From assembly GCA_042568575.1 (NCBI GenBank), contig JBHPIO010000003.1:32001-96000 (forward strand): a stretch of DNA of 64,000 bases, written 5' to 3'. A program made the translations under genes and the position numbers. Positions 50,144-59,440 of this stretch are shown one piece after another; the first letter of the stretch is position 1; every line of letters begins with the position of its first letter. This DNA comes from Patescibacteria group bacterium (lineage in GTDB: Bacteria > Patescibacteriota > Gracilibacteria > UBA1369 > PNNO01). The notes under the pieces are model-generated. The model saw only the letters and a program-made list of their open reading frames with translations, searched no databases and was not told where the DNA came from.

Positions 50144-51078
50144 AGTCCGTAGGTTATTACTTCTGGATAAGTTGATTTGTACCATTTGCACCATGTTCCG
50201 TCAGCCTTCATTTCTTCAATAATCTCTTTAACTTTTTTGTGATAGTCTTCTTCGCTATATTGTTCGTTTAAAATTTGATATTTAGCATGATTTATTCCTA
50301 CGCATCCGAAACAATCTTTGCTGTTATAAACAAGATCGCAATAAGTTAGGTCGTTTGAATACCAGCATCCGTAACAGAACATGCAATTAGTTAAATTACC
50401 CCCGCTCATAATTTCATAGCATTGCTCTGACCATCCAAGATGGCTGCAATCAACTAGATCTTTTGAGTCATCGCAGTGGTAAACGTGCATGCAATCGTGT
50501 AATCCTTTTGAGTCATATCCTCCAAAAACCTCTTTTGAGTTATGAAGATTTTCGCCATATGCTTCTTCATTATTTCTTCCGTACATTGCTGTTCGTGGAA
50601 CGCTTGTAAGTAAAGGCTCGAGTTTTTCATAAACTTCTTTGTGGGGCATTTTTTTGAGTTCAGCGAGACGTTTTTCGTATTCCTCTTTTGTATATTGCTC
50701 ATTGAAAATGCAGAATGATTTTTTTCGTAGCCCAACGCATCCGAAGCAGTTTTGTATTCCAATAGAGTGATAGCAGAAGTCGCAGTCGATAGCTTGTTCG
50801 CATTGAACGCAGTAATTACAGTTGTATGATCCAATGCAATCAACGCACTCGTAGCAGAGTTCACATTTTTCGCAGAGTGTGCAATCGACGCAATCCGTAC
50901 AATAAAAAACACGGTGATTATATAAGCAGTCCTCAGATTGATAACTCGCAAAAGTCATGTAGCAGTTGTTGCTTTTTTCTGTGTACTGGCAATATGGGCT
51001 GTTTTCGTTTTGTACACATTGAAGCCCGATGCGTGGTACTTTCTGTCGTAATTGTTCGAATTGTTCTAAGAAGCTCAT
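50140..51078 (-). CDS. Stand-alone Cys-rich core, equivalent to the central region of the paralogs
   Basis: FLEQF..L...VPR, CELCYEC and two CFGC.G.......I.NEQY..E.Y repeats. Confidence 0.88.
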   Translation of the reverse strand: MSFLEQFEQLRQKVPRIGLQCVQNENSPYCQYTEKSNNCYMTFASYQSEDCLYNHRVFYCTDCVDCTLCEKCELCYECVDCIGSYNCNYCVQCEQAIDCDFCYHSIGIQNCFGCVGLRKKSFCIFNEQYTKEEYEKRLAELKKMPHKEVYEKLEPLLTSVPRTAMYGRNNEEAYGENLHNSKEVFGGYDSKGLHDCMHVYHCDDSKDLVDCSHLGWSEQCYEIMSGGNLTNCMFCYGCWYSNDLTYCDLVYNSKDCFGCVGINHAKYQILNEQYSEEDYHKKVKEIIEEMKADGTWCKWYKSTYPEVITYGL

Positions 51079-51201
51079 TTGAGTAATTATGGTGATAGTT
51101 TCATCGATTTGATTATAGCTGCTGCCTCATCGTCTGGCTAGCAGTTGTGAACGCAGCAAAATGATGTAAAATTGAATTGAAATAATAATTAAATCTGATT
51201 A

Positions 51202-52884
51202 ATGCAGAAAAATTGCAAAAACTGTGGTAGCCAGTTTACGATTGAAGATGAAGATTTAAAGTTCTACGACAAAATTTCACCGACTTTTGATGGAAAGAAG
51301 TTTCAAATTCCACCACCTACTCATTGTTCTGATTGCAGGCAACAAAGGAGGCTCGCTTGGCGTAACGAGAGAACTCTTTATAGACGTAAGTGTGATGCAA
51401 CTGGGAAGAATGTTGTCTCGGTTTTTTCATCTGACAAACCTCTGAAAGTTTATAATAACGACTATTGGTATTCTGATAAGTGGGATCCACTTGAATACGG
51501 CATGGATTTTGATTTTAATCGGCCATTTTTTGAGCAGTTTCATGAGCTTATTGAGCAAGTTCCACAAGTTGCTCGTTCAGCGGTACGTAATCAGAATTCC
51601 GATTACGTGAATCAATGTGGATGGTGCAAAAATTGCTATCTCATTTTTGAAGCGGACTATAATGAAAACTGCATGTACGGAAATAACGTTTATGACTCCA
51701 GAAGCTCCATGGATTTTTTACATATTTTTGGTTGTGAACTTTGTTATGAGTGTGTGAATTGTACAAACTGTTATAATTTGAAATTTAGTCAGAATTGTCA
51801 GAACTGTTCCGATTCATATTTCTTAAAAAATTGTATAGGTTGCAAAAATTGTTTTGGATCAATTAATTTACGAAACAAAGAATTTTATTTCTTAAATGAA
51901 AAATGTACAAAAGAGGAATATGAACAGCGATTAAAATCGATTTCATTAGGGGAATTTTCGACTTTAAATAAATTAAAGGAAAAATTTACCGAACATACAT
52001 CGGCATTTCCAAATAAATATATGGAAGGAACACAGAATGAAGATTCAACAGGTGATTATTTGAACAATACGCAGCGATGTAAAGATTGTTATGATCTTGT
52101 TAACTGTCAAGACTGCAAATATGTTTTCAACTCACGAAATGTGAAAAATGTTTATGATATGACTGTTTTTGGATCTAAACATGGCGTTGAATTTTGTTAT
52201 GAAAACCATGAGATAGGTGATGGGGTGCGTAATGTGTGTTTTTCTGATCAAGCTTGGAGCGGTATATACGATATTTACTATTCCAAATTGTGCATGAACA
52301 ATAGCCATGATTTATTTGGATGCGTAGGTCTTAAACATGCGAAGTATTGTATCCTTAATAAGCAGTATTCTGAGGAGGAATATGAAAAACTTGCCTCAAA
52401 AATAGTTGAACACATGATTAAAACAGGTGAGTGGGGAGAATTTTTACCTGCTTCAATGTCTCCATTTGCATATAATGAAACAATTGCGCAGGATTATTAT
52501 CCGCTTAAAAAAGAAGAGGCTTTGCAGAAAGGATACAGGTGGAAGGAGCCTGATCAAAAAGAATATCAGCCTAAAACATATGTAATTCCAGATGATATTA
52601 AAGAAGTTCCGGATTCAATAATGAATGAAATTTTGGCGTGCAGTGATTGTGGAAAAAATTACAAAATTATTCAACAGGAGTATGATTTTTATCAAAAATT
52701 CAATCTCCCAATCTCAAGAAAATGTCCAGATTGCAGACACAAAGATAGAATGAAATTAAGAAATCTACGAAAGTTGCATAATGGAAATTGCGATAAATGT
52801 AATGCGGATATTCAAACTACCTATTCACCAGATCATTCGGAAAAGGTATACTGTGAACGTTGCTACCTCGAATCGGTAGTTTAA
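51202..52884 (+). CDS. Cys-rich zinc-ribbon/solenoid protein, paralog 4
   Basis: Same conserved blocks, with an SPTFDGKKFQI insert in the first zinc ribbon. Confidence 0.9.
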   Translation: MQKNCKNCGSQFTIEDEDLKFYDKISPTFDGKKFQIPPPTHCSDCRQQRRLAWRNERTLYRRKCDATGKNVVSVFSSDKPLKVYNNDYWYSDKWDPLEYGMDFDFNRPFFEQFHELIEQVPQVARSAVRNQNSDYVNQCGWCKNCYLIFEADYNENCMYGNNVYDSRSSMDFLHIFGCELCYECVNCTNCYNLKFSQNCQNCSDSYFLKNCIGCKNCFGSINLRNKEFYFLNEKCTKEEYEQRLKSISLGEFSTLNKLKEKFTEHTSAFPNKYMEGTQNEDSTGDYLNNTQRCKDCYDLVNCQDCKYVFNSRNVKNVYDMTVFGSKHGVEFCYENHEIGDGVRNVCFSDQAWSGIYDIYYSKLCMNNSHDLFGCVGLKHAKYCILNKQYSEEEYEKLASKIVEHMIKTGEWGEFLPASMSPFAYNETIAQDYYPLKKEEALQKGYRWKEPDQKEYQPKTYVIPDDIKEVPDSIMNEILACSDCGKNYKIIQQEYDFYQKFNLPISRKCPDCRHKDRMKLRNLRKLHNGNCDKCNADIQTTYSPDHSEKVYCERCYLESVV

Positions 52885-52894
52885 GGCTTTTTAT

Positions 52895-54559
52895 ATGGAA
52901 AAAATCGTTTCCACAAAAAATTGTAAAAATTGTACGAAAGAATTTTCCGTTACCGATAGAGATCAAAACTTTTACAAAAAAATGGCTGTGCCTGAGCCTA
53001 CGTTTTGCCCTGCATGCAGAATGCAGCGGCGGATGGCTTTTCGAAATGAAAGAAATTTGTATAAACGAAAATGTGATTTTTCCGGGAGAGACATAATTTC
53101 AGTCTATCCACCAACAAGTAAATACAAAATATACGATCAAAAAATTTGGTGGAAAGACGATTGGGATCCAATGGAGTATGGTCGCGAGTTTGATTTCGAT
53201 AGACCGTTTTTTGAGCAGTTTAATGATCTTTTGTTGGAAGTTCCACGACAAAGTCTGCAGCTTGTGAATTGTGAAAATAGTGATTATGGAAATGATTGTG
53301 ATGGATCTAAGAATTGCTACTTATGTTTTAACTCAGGAACAGTTGAAGATAGTTATTATTGTACGACTTATGGAAGGAACAGTAAGAATTGTATGGATAT
53401 GTTTTGGAGTATTACGTGCGAGCTTTGTTATGAATGTTCAAAAGTTACACAAGGTTATCATTCATTTTGGTGTTTTAATTGTACAAATGTAACCGATTGT
53501 TATTTTTGCGATGATTGTAGAAGTTGTGAGTATTGTTTTGGATGCGTTGGACTTCGTCATAAGAAATATCATATTTATAATAAAAAAGTTTCAAAAGAAG
53601 AGTACGAAAATTTTATCAAAAACTTTCACTTCACTTATGATGAAATTGAAAAAGCAAAAGTAAAATTAAAAGAATTGCGCTTAACTGTCCCTTATAAAAA
53701 CTTACAAATTGTAAGTAGTGAAGACTCGGAAGGGGATTTTCTCGAAGGATGTAAAAACTGCACTGAATGTTTTGATGTAATCATGTCGGCTGATTCAAAA
53801 TATGTTTGGGATGGATTAATAGATGGTGGGTATGATTGTTTTAATACAGGTGTAGATACGAAATTCGTTTATGAATGTTTAGTAGCTTATTACGCAAACA
53901 ATATTAAATTCGCCAATATTTCTTTTTATTGTTCAGACGTACAGTATTCTGATTCTGTCTATAATAGTGAGCATTTGTTTGGTTGCGTTGGTTTGAGACA
54001 TAAAAAATACTGCATTTTAAATAAACAATACACAAAGGAAGAGTATGAAAAATTGCTTCCAAAAATTATTGAACACATGAAAGAAACTGGTGAGTATGGG
54101 GAGTTTTTTCCAGCTTCATTAAGTTCATTTGGATACAATGACACAATGGCCCAAGAATATTTTCCACTAACAAAAAAAGAAACTGATAAGCAGGGATTCA
54201 ATTGGAATGATTATGTGCAACCAAAGCCAGAAGGTATTAAAACAATTAAAGCGAAGGATTTGCCGGAAAGTATTAGCGATATTACGGACGATGTTTTGAA
54301 TTGGGTAATTGAATGCGAAAAAGACGGAAAACCATTTAAAATTATTCCGCAGGAGCTTAAGTTTTATAAAAAAGAAGGATTGTCGTTGCCGCATTTGTGC
54401 CCTGATTGTAGGCACTATGAAAGAAAGTGGAAAGTTAATCCTCGAAAATTGTATGACAGAACATGTGGCAAATGTGGAGAGGATATGAAAACTACTTTTG
54501 CACCGGATAGGCCGGAGAAGGTATACTGTGAATCCTGTTATCTTAAAGAAATCGTTTAA
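52895..54559 (+). CDS. Cys-rich zinc-ribbon/solenoid protein, paralog 5
   Basis: Same conserved blocks. Confidence 0.9.
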   Translation: MEKIVSTKNCKNCTKEFSVTDRDQNFYKKMAVPEPTFCPACRMQRRMAFRNERNLYKRKCDFSGRDIISVYPPTSKYKIYDQKIWWKDDWDPMEYGREFDFDRPFFEQFNDLLLEVPRQSLQLVNCENSDYGNDCDGSKNCYLCFNSGTVEDSYYCTTYGRNSKNCMDMFWSITCELCYECSKVTQGYHSFWCFNCTNVTDCYFCDDCRSCEYCFGCVGLRHKKYHIYNKKVSKEEYENFIKNFHFTYDEIEKAKVKLKELRLTVPYKNLQIVSSEDSEGDFLEGCKNCTECFDVIMSADSKYVWDGLIDGGYDCFNTGVDTKFVYECLVAYYANNIKFANISFYCSDVQYSDSVYNSEHLFGCVGLRHKKYCILNKQYTKEEYEKLLPKIIEHMKETGEYGEFFPASLSSFGYNDTMAQEYFPLTKKETDKQGFNWNDYVQPKPEGIKTIKAKDLPESISDITDDVLNWVIECEKDGKPFKIIPQELKFYKKEGLSLPHLCPDCRHYERKWKVNPRKLYDRTCGKCGEDMKTTFAPDRPEKVYCESCYLKEIV

Positions 54560-56218
54560 ATGAGTGAAAAAGTCATTGGGACAAAGCCATGTTCAAAGTG
54601 CGGGGATGAATTTACGATTACGAATCAAGATCGAACGTTTTATGCAAAACTGGATGTTCCGGATCCAACTCATTGTCCGGTTTGTCGAAATAAACGCAGA
54701 ATGATGTGGCGGAACGATCGGACTTTTTATAAACGGAAATGTGATATGACGGGAAAGTCGATGATTTCAATTTATCCTAAAGATGCGCCTTTTCCGGTTT
54801 ATCATCCGGAGCAGTGGTATAGCGATAAGTGGGATCCGATGGATTACGGTCAGGATTTTGATTTTGATCGACCTTTTTTCGAACAATTCAAAGAGCTGCT
54901 TTTAAAAGTTCCGCATTTGGGGATTGATATCGTTAATTGTGAGAATAGTTTTTATTGTAATTATTGCGGTGATGACAAGAATTGCTATCTTGATATTGCA
55001 GGTGAGGGAAATGAAGACTGCTACTTTAATCTTTTTACAAAATTTTCGAAAGATACAGCTGACTGCACTTTTGTTTATAACTGCGAGCTCTGTTATGAGT
55101 CGATAAATTGCTACAATTGCCACAATGTTCGCTATTCAATGTATTTGGACAACTGTAACGATTGTGCGTTTTGTTATGACATGAAAGGCTGCAGCGATTG
55201 TCTATTTTCGTATAATTTGAGGCACAAAAAATATCATATTTTCAATCAGGAATATTCAAAAGAGGATTATGAAAAGAAATTGGCCGAGCTTCAGTTTGGT
55301 TCGTTTCAGGCGCTTCAGGTGGAGATAAAAATGTGGCAAGATATGATGAAGCAGGCGATTCATCGTGATATGTACAATTTGAATTCGGAAAATTGTACCG
55401 GAAATAATATTAAAAATTCGAAAAACTGCCACGATGCTTATAACGTCGTAAATTGTGAAGATTCTAAGTTTTTGTATGATGTTTTGGATGCGAAAGACTG
55501 CTACGATATGAATTATTCTTTGTATAAACCTGAGGTTGCCTATGACATTATTAGTACCTTAAGCATGCGGTTTTCTGCGTTTTGTATGGCGAGTCATTAT
55601 TGCAATAATTCTTTTTATTGTGACACATGTAATAACTCATCTAATCTTTTTGGATGCACAGCTTTGAATCAGAAAAAATACTGCATTTTGAATAAACAAT
55701 ATACAAAAGAGGAGTACGAAAAAATGGTTGAGAAGATAAAAGAGCATATGAAAAAAACAGGAGAGTGGGGAGAGTTTTTCCCGGTTGAGATTTCGCCTTA
55801 TGGATATAATGAAACAGTTGCAAATGAGTATTGTCCGCTAACAAAAGAGGAAGCAGGGAAGAAGGGATATCCTTGGAAAAACCTTGAAATGGCTGGATAT
55901 AAACTGCAAAAATACGAAATTCCAGATTATATTGATGATGTTTCTGATGGAATTACAGATGAAGTTCTTGCATGCTCAAGTTGTATGAAAAATTTTAAAA
56001 TAATTACTCAGGAGCTTGGATTTTATAGAAAAATGAAGCTTCCTATTTCGCGAAAATGTCCCGATTGCAGACATCGAGATAGGATGGAAAGGCGTCATCC
56101 GCGTAATTTATGGATGCGTCAGTGTGTGCGGTGTAATAAAGAAATTCAAACTCCTTATACTCCGAAAAGATCGGAAAAGATTTATTGTGAGGAGTGTTAT
56201 TTGAAGACAGTTTATTAA
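54560..56218 (+). CDS. Cys-rich zinc-ribbon/solenoid protein, paralog 6
   Basis: Same conserved blocks; start abuts the paralog 5 stop (TAAATG). Confidence 0.9.
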   Translation: MSEKVIGTKPCSKCGDEFTITNQDRTFYAKLDVPDPTHCPVCRNKRRMMWRNDRTFYKRKCDMTGKSMISIYPKDAPFPVYHPEQWYSDKWDPMDYGQDFDFDRPFFEQFKELLLKVPHLGIDIVNCENSFYCNYCGDDKNCYLDIAGEGNEDCYFNLFTKFSKDTADCTFVYNCELCYESINCYNCHNVRYSMYLDNCNDCAFCYDMKGCSDCLFSYNLRHKKYHIFNQEYSKEDYEKKLAELQFGSFQALQVEIKMWQDMMKQAIHRDMYNLNSENCTGNNIKNSKNCHDAYNVVNCEDSKFLYDVLDAKDCYDMNYSLYKPEVAYDIISTLSMRFSAFCMASHYCNNSFYCDTCNNSSNLFGCTALNQKKYCILNKQYTKEEYEKMVEKIKEHMKKTGEWGEFFPVEISPYGYNETVANEYCPLTKEEAGKKGYPWKNLEMAGYKLQKYEIPDYIDDVSDGITDEVLACSSCMKNFKIITQELGFYRKMKLPISRKCPDCRHRDRMERRHPRNLWMRQCVRCNKEIQTPYTPKRSEKIYCEECYLKTVY

Positions 56219-56279
56219 AAAGCAAACTTGACTTTTGTCTCAAAATATAGTTAAATTAAACATCCCGTATCAATTTTTT

Positions 56280-57050
56280 ATGGCTATCTATTCAAAATTA
56301 AGAAAACTACTAACGGATGCCGGCTTAACAGAAGCCGAGATCACTGTGTACTCTGAACTTTTGAAAAATCCTGCGCAAACAAAGTGGGAGATTGTTGAGC
56401 GTACAGGCTTAAATAGAAATGCAGTTTATAGAGCCTTTGAAACTCTTGAGACACACATGATGGTTGAGTCGACTGATGAGGGATTTAAAGCATTGTCGTT
56501 GAAGGTTTTGGTTAGTAAGCTTCATAATTCGGGGCGAAAACTTGGAAAACTTGCTAATAAAATTAAGCATGTTGCGCCATTTTTAAACTCATCGCATGAA
56601 ACTATTGAAGAATTTGAAACTTTTTATACTCCAGAGCAAATAGCAGAGCCATATATTTTTATGGCGGAGCATAAATACGGAACGAATTTGGATTTTGGTG
56701 ATTTTGAAAACTTTATTCCGACAATTGGAGGCATTCCGATTGCTTGTAAATTTAGAAAAGAGAGAGCGAGGAAGTCTGGTCACCATGCAATTTGTACAAC
56801 AAATGGAAAATATACAGGATATTTTTGTACTAATGATGCAAAGCAACGTTTTAAAACTCAAATCGATCGATTGAATATAGATTTTGGAGGAACTTTTGTG
56901 ATTTTTTCGGATTCGAGTGATTATGTTTTGTTTAATCATTTTGCAGACCCGAACAATCAGTGTTCTGTTCTTGTAAAATCAAAGCCAGTTGCAGATATTC
57001 AGCGTGCTCAGTTTGATATGTTTTCTCAAAAACTTGAGAACTTGCAGTAG
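56280..57050 (+). CDS. TrmB-like HTH regulator
   Basis: LTDAGLTEAEITVY...EIVERTGLNRNAVYRAFETL; paralogous to 45032; start revised to MAIYS. Confidence 0.8.
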   Translation: MAIYSKLRKLLTDAGLTEAEITVYSELLKNPAQTKWEIVERTGLNRNAVYRAFETLETHMMVESTDEGFKALSLKVLVSKLHNSGRKLGKLANKIKHVAPFLNSSHETIEEFETFYTPEQIAEPYIFMAEHKYGTNLDFGDFENFIPTIGGIPIACKFRKERARKSGHHAICTTNGKYTGYFCTNDAKQRFKTQIDRLNIDFGGTFVIFSDSSDYVLFNHFADPNNQCSVLVKSKPVADIQRAQFDMFSQKLENLQ

Positions 57051-57086
57051 GTTTTTTGGCTTTTAAGAGCGGTTTTGAAATTTTAT

Positions 57087-57125
57087 GCGTCAAATTTTGA
57101 CGCTTTTTTTGTTCCGTTTTATTTT
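57087..57125 (+). promoter_or_regulatory. Promoter of paralog 7 with a perfect palindrome over the -35 box
   Basis: GCGTCAAA-T-TTTGACGC (57087-57103); TTGACG-N17-TATTTT. Confidence 0.6.
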
Positions 57126-57155
57126 GTGATCTGTCTAATTAAATAATCAAAAGTT

Positions 57156-58796
57156 ATGCTTAATAAATCATGCAAAAATTGTGGAAACAATTTTGAAATC
57201 ACAGATAATGATCTTCAATTTTATAAAAAAATAGATGTAACGGAACCAACTTTCTGTCCGACGTGTCGTTTGCAAAGAAGGCTAACATTTAGGAATGAGA
57301 GAAATCTCTTTAAGAGAAAATGTGACATGTGCAGCAGAGAAATTTTTACTTTCTACGATCAAAATGTTGTGTTTCCGGTTTACTGTACTGAGTGCTGGTG
57401 GGGCGATAAATGGGATTCACTTGAGTATGGAAGAGAGTTTGATTTTAAACGCCCCTTCTTTCCTCAATTTCAGGAATTAATGAATGAAGTTCCAAAAATA
57501 GGAATGCTTTCATTTCAAAATGAGAATTCTCCGTACAATTCGCTACTAGCTTTTAGCAAAAATACTTATATGAGTCCGGGAAGTTACTGTATGGAGGATT
57601 CATATTATGTTCGAAAGAGTCAGTATAGTAAGGATTGTTTGAACAGCCTTTTTCTTGATCATTGCGAGCTAGTTTCTAACAGTGTGAATTCGCAAAATTG
57701 TTACAATTGTGATCATATTTTGAATTGTAGAAACTGTTTTGATTGTATGTATCTTGCAGATTCCTTCTCGTGCAAGAATTGCTTTATGTGTAGCGGAATT
57801 TCGAATAAAGAATTCTATTATAAAAACCAAAGATATTCGGAAGGTGATTATCGAGCTATCGTAAAAGACCAATTGGAAAGAGATCCAAAAGATTTAATGG
57901 ATGAGTTTTTAGAATTTAATACGACTGTTCCAAAAAGATTTCAAAATCAGATTAATTGCGAGAATTCTTCAGGAGATTATATTCAGAATTCTAGTAATGC
58001 GCGTGAATGTTATGACTGTTTTGATGTCGAAGATTCAAAGTATTTATTTGAATGTGTGAATGTGAAGGATTCGATGGATGTGAGTGATCATGATAAAGAA
58101 GTTGAGCTTTGTTATGAACTTTGTACGGGAGGTGAAAAGAGTTACAAGCATATTCTTTCGGTGGCTTCTATTGCATGTCCAAACACGAGCTATCTTTATT
58201 CTTGTTATTATCTTTCTGACAGCTTTGGGTGTGACGGGTTTCACTCAAAACAAAAGAACTGTATTTTGAACAGAAAGTATTCGGAGACTGATTACAATTT
58301 GCTAAAAGGTAAGATAATTGAACATATGAAGGCATTAGGGGAGTATGGGGAGTTTTTTCCTAGTTCAATTTCGCCTTTTCCGTACAATCACACAATTGCA
58401 CAGGATTATTTTCCTCTTACAAAAGAGTTTGCTTTAGAAAAGGGATATAAATGGAAAGATGAAGATGAGTCTCTTTATAAGCCGGCTACTTTTCAGCTTC
58501 CCGATGATATTAATACAGTTCCAAATTCAGTTACTAAGGAAATTCTTGAATGTGAAGATTGTTCAAAAAATTACAAAATAATTTCTCAGGAGTTGAATTT
58601 ATGTAAAAGGACGCACAGATCTCTTTCAAAGAAATGCCCTGATTGTAGGCATAGGCTGCTTTTGTCTTTAAAGAATCCAAGGAAGCTTAACGATCGTGAG
58701 TGTGATAGATGCGGAGATCCAATTCAAACAACTTACACTGAAAATAGGCCAGAAAAGGCTTATTGTGAGAAGTGTTATCTCCAGCAAATAGCATAA
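57156..58796 (+). CDS. Cys-rich zinc-ribbon/solenoid protein, paralog 7 (closest to paralog 1)
   Basis: Same blocks; shares ENSPYNSLLA.SKNTYMSPGSY with paralog 1. Confidence 0.9.
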   Translation: MLNKSCKNCGNNFEITDNDLQFYKKIDVTEPTFCPTCRLQRRLTFRNERNLFKRKCDMCSREIFTFYDQNVVFPVYCTECWWGDKWDSLEYGREFDFKRPFFPQFQELMNEVPKIGMLSFQNENSPYNSLLAFSKNTYMSPGSYCMEDSYYVRKSQYSKDCLNSLFLDHCELVSNSVNSQNCYNCDHILNCRNCFDCMYLADSFSCKNCFMCSGISNKEFYYKNQRYSEGDYRAIVKDQLERDPKDLMDEFLEFNTTVPKRFQNQINCENSSGDYIQNSSNARECYDCFDVEDSKYLFECVNVKDSMDVSDHDKEVELCYELCTGGEKSYKHILSVASIACPNTSYLYSCYYLSDSFGCDGFHSKQKNCILNRKYSETDYNLLKGKIIEHMKALGEYGEFFPSSISPFPYNHTIAQDYFPLTKEFALEKGYKWKDEDESLYKPATFQLPDDINTVPNSVTKEILECEDCSKNYKIISQELNLCKRTHRSLSKKCPDCRHRLLLSLKNPRKLNDRECDRCGDPIQTTYTENRPEKAYCEKCYLQQIA

Positions 58797-58800
58797 CTGT

Positions 58801-58891
58801 TTGACAAAGTGGCGAATTTAACTCTAAAATCGAGCTGTTGATTTGTTCGATTGCAATTTTTGGAATACGGACAAATTACGATCATTGATAA
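58801..58891 (+). promoter_or_regulatory. Sigma70 promoter and boxA-like motif ahead of the putative ncRNA
   Basis: TTGACA(58801)-N18-TAAAAT(58825); GATCATTGATAA at 58880-58891. Confidence 0.55.
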
Positions 58892-59440
58892 CCCGCTTAT
58901 GCCTAATTAATTTCAGTTGATGGGTTCTGTTTGTGCAAAATGTTTTTATTTTGTTTAGGCAAAGCCCATCTACTAAATAGATGGAAACAGGATCGAAGGG
59001 TTCGCCTGTGTGAATGACCAGAAAGCCGTTGTAAAGTAGACATTTATTGGCTTCTCCATTCGTTTACGTAGGGAACCCTTCTACTTTTTTTCGAAAGGTG
59101 GCTTTGCACTCCGCCGTTTGGCTTCCTCCTGAGTGCTAAGTTGCCAGGTTGCAGGCGTGAGTATTGCGTGGTTTACCCTCCATTAATTGCAATGGAAAAC
59201 CGCTCACGCCTGCGACCGCTATTTTTTTGTTTCCAGGATTAGAGATGTCACTTGTTATACGATGGCTACCCAACCCATCACGCCCATCTTTGCCCTGTCT
59301 TCGCCTAGTCCCAAACTGCTAAGCGTTTAAGATAGATTACTTTATCCACGCATTGACCCAAGGGCAGATAACAGTCACATCTCAGCGCAGGCACGGCTAA
59401 GACCGTGCCTGCGCAACTTTTCTTCTTAGACATAAGCGGG
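58892..59440 (+). ncRNA. Putative large (~550 nt) highly structured non-coding RNA, family unrecognised
   Basis: No ORF of 60 aa or more in 745 bp; 15-bp closing stem and at least seven nested helices, with many pairs that are G-U only on the + strand. Confidence 0.6.

Noticed and set aside
43337-58796. Diversity-generating retroelement or CRISPR array behind the repeated sequence
   Set aside because: No RT or cas gene, and I saw no near-identical TR/VR pair differing only at adenines or regularly spaced repeats; similarity is protein-level paralogy with synonymous divergence
59101-59140. CIRCE-like TTTGCACTC...GAGTGCTAA
   Set aside because: The spacer is 19 nt rather than 9 and the arms are part of a longer helix of the putative RNA
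58892-59440. RNase P RNA, tmRNA, retron or group II intron as the identity of the structured region
   Set aside because: The minus strand has GGAGGAAGCC and ACAGAACCC but not the P4-forming GAGGAAAGUCC...CGGCUUA pair; no tRNA-like ends, no domain V, and no reverse transcriptase in the window
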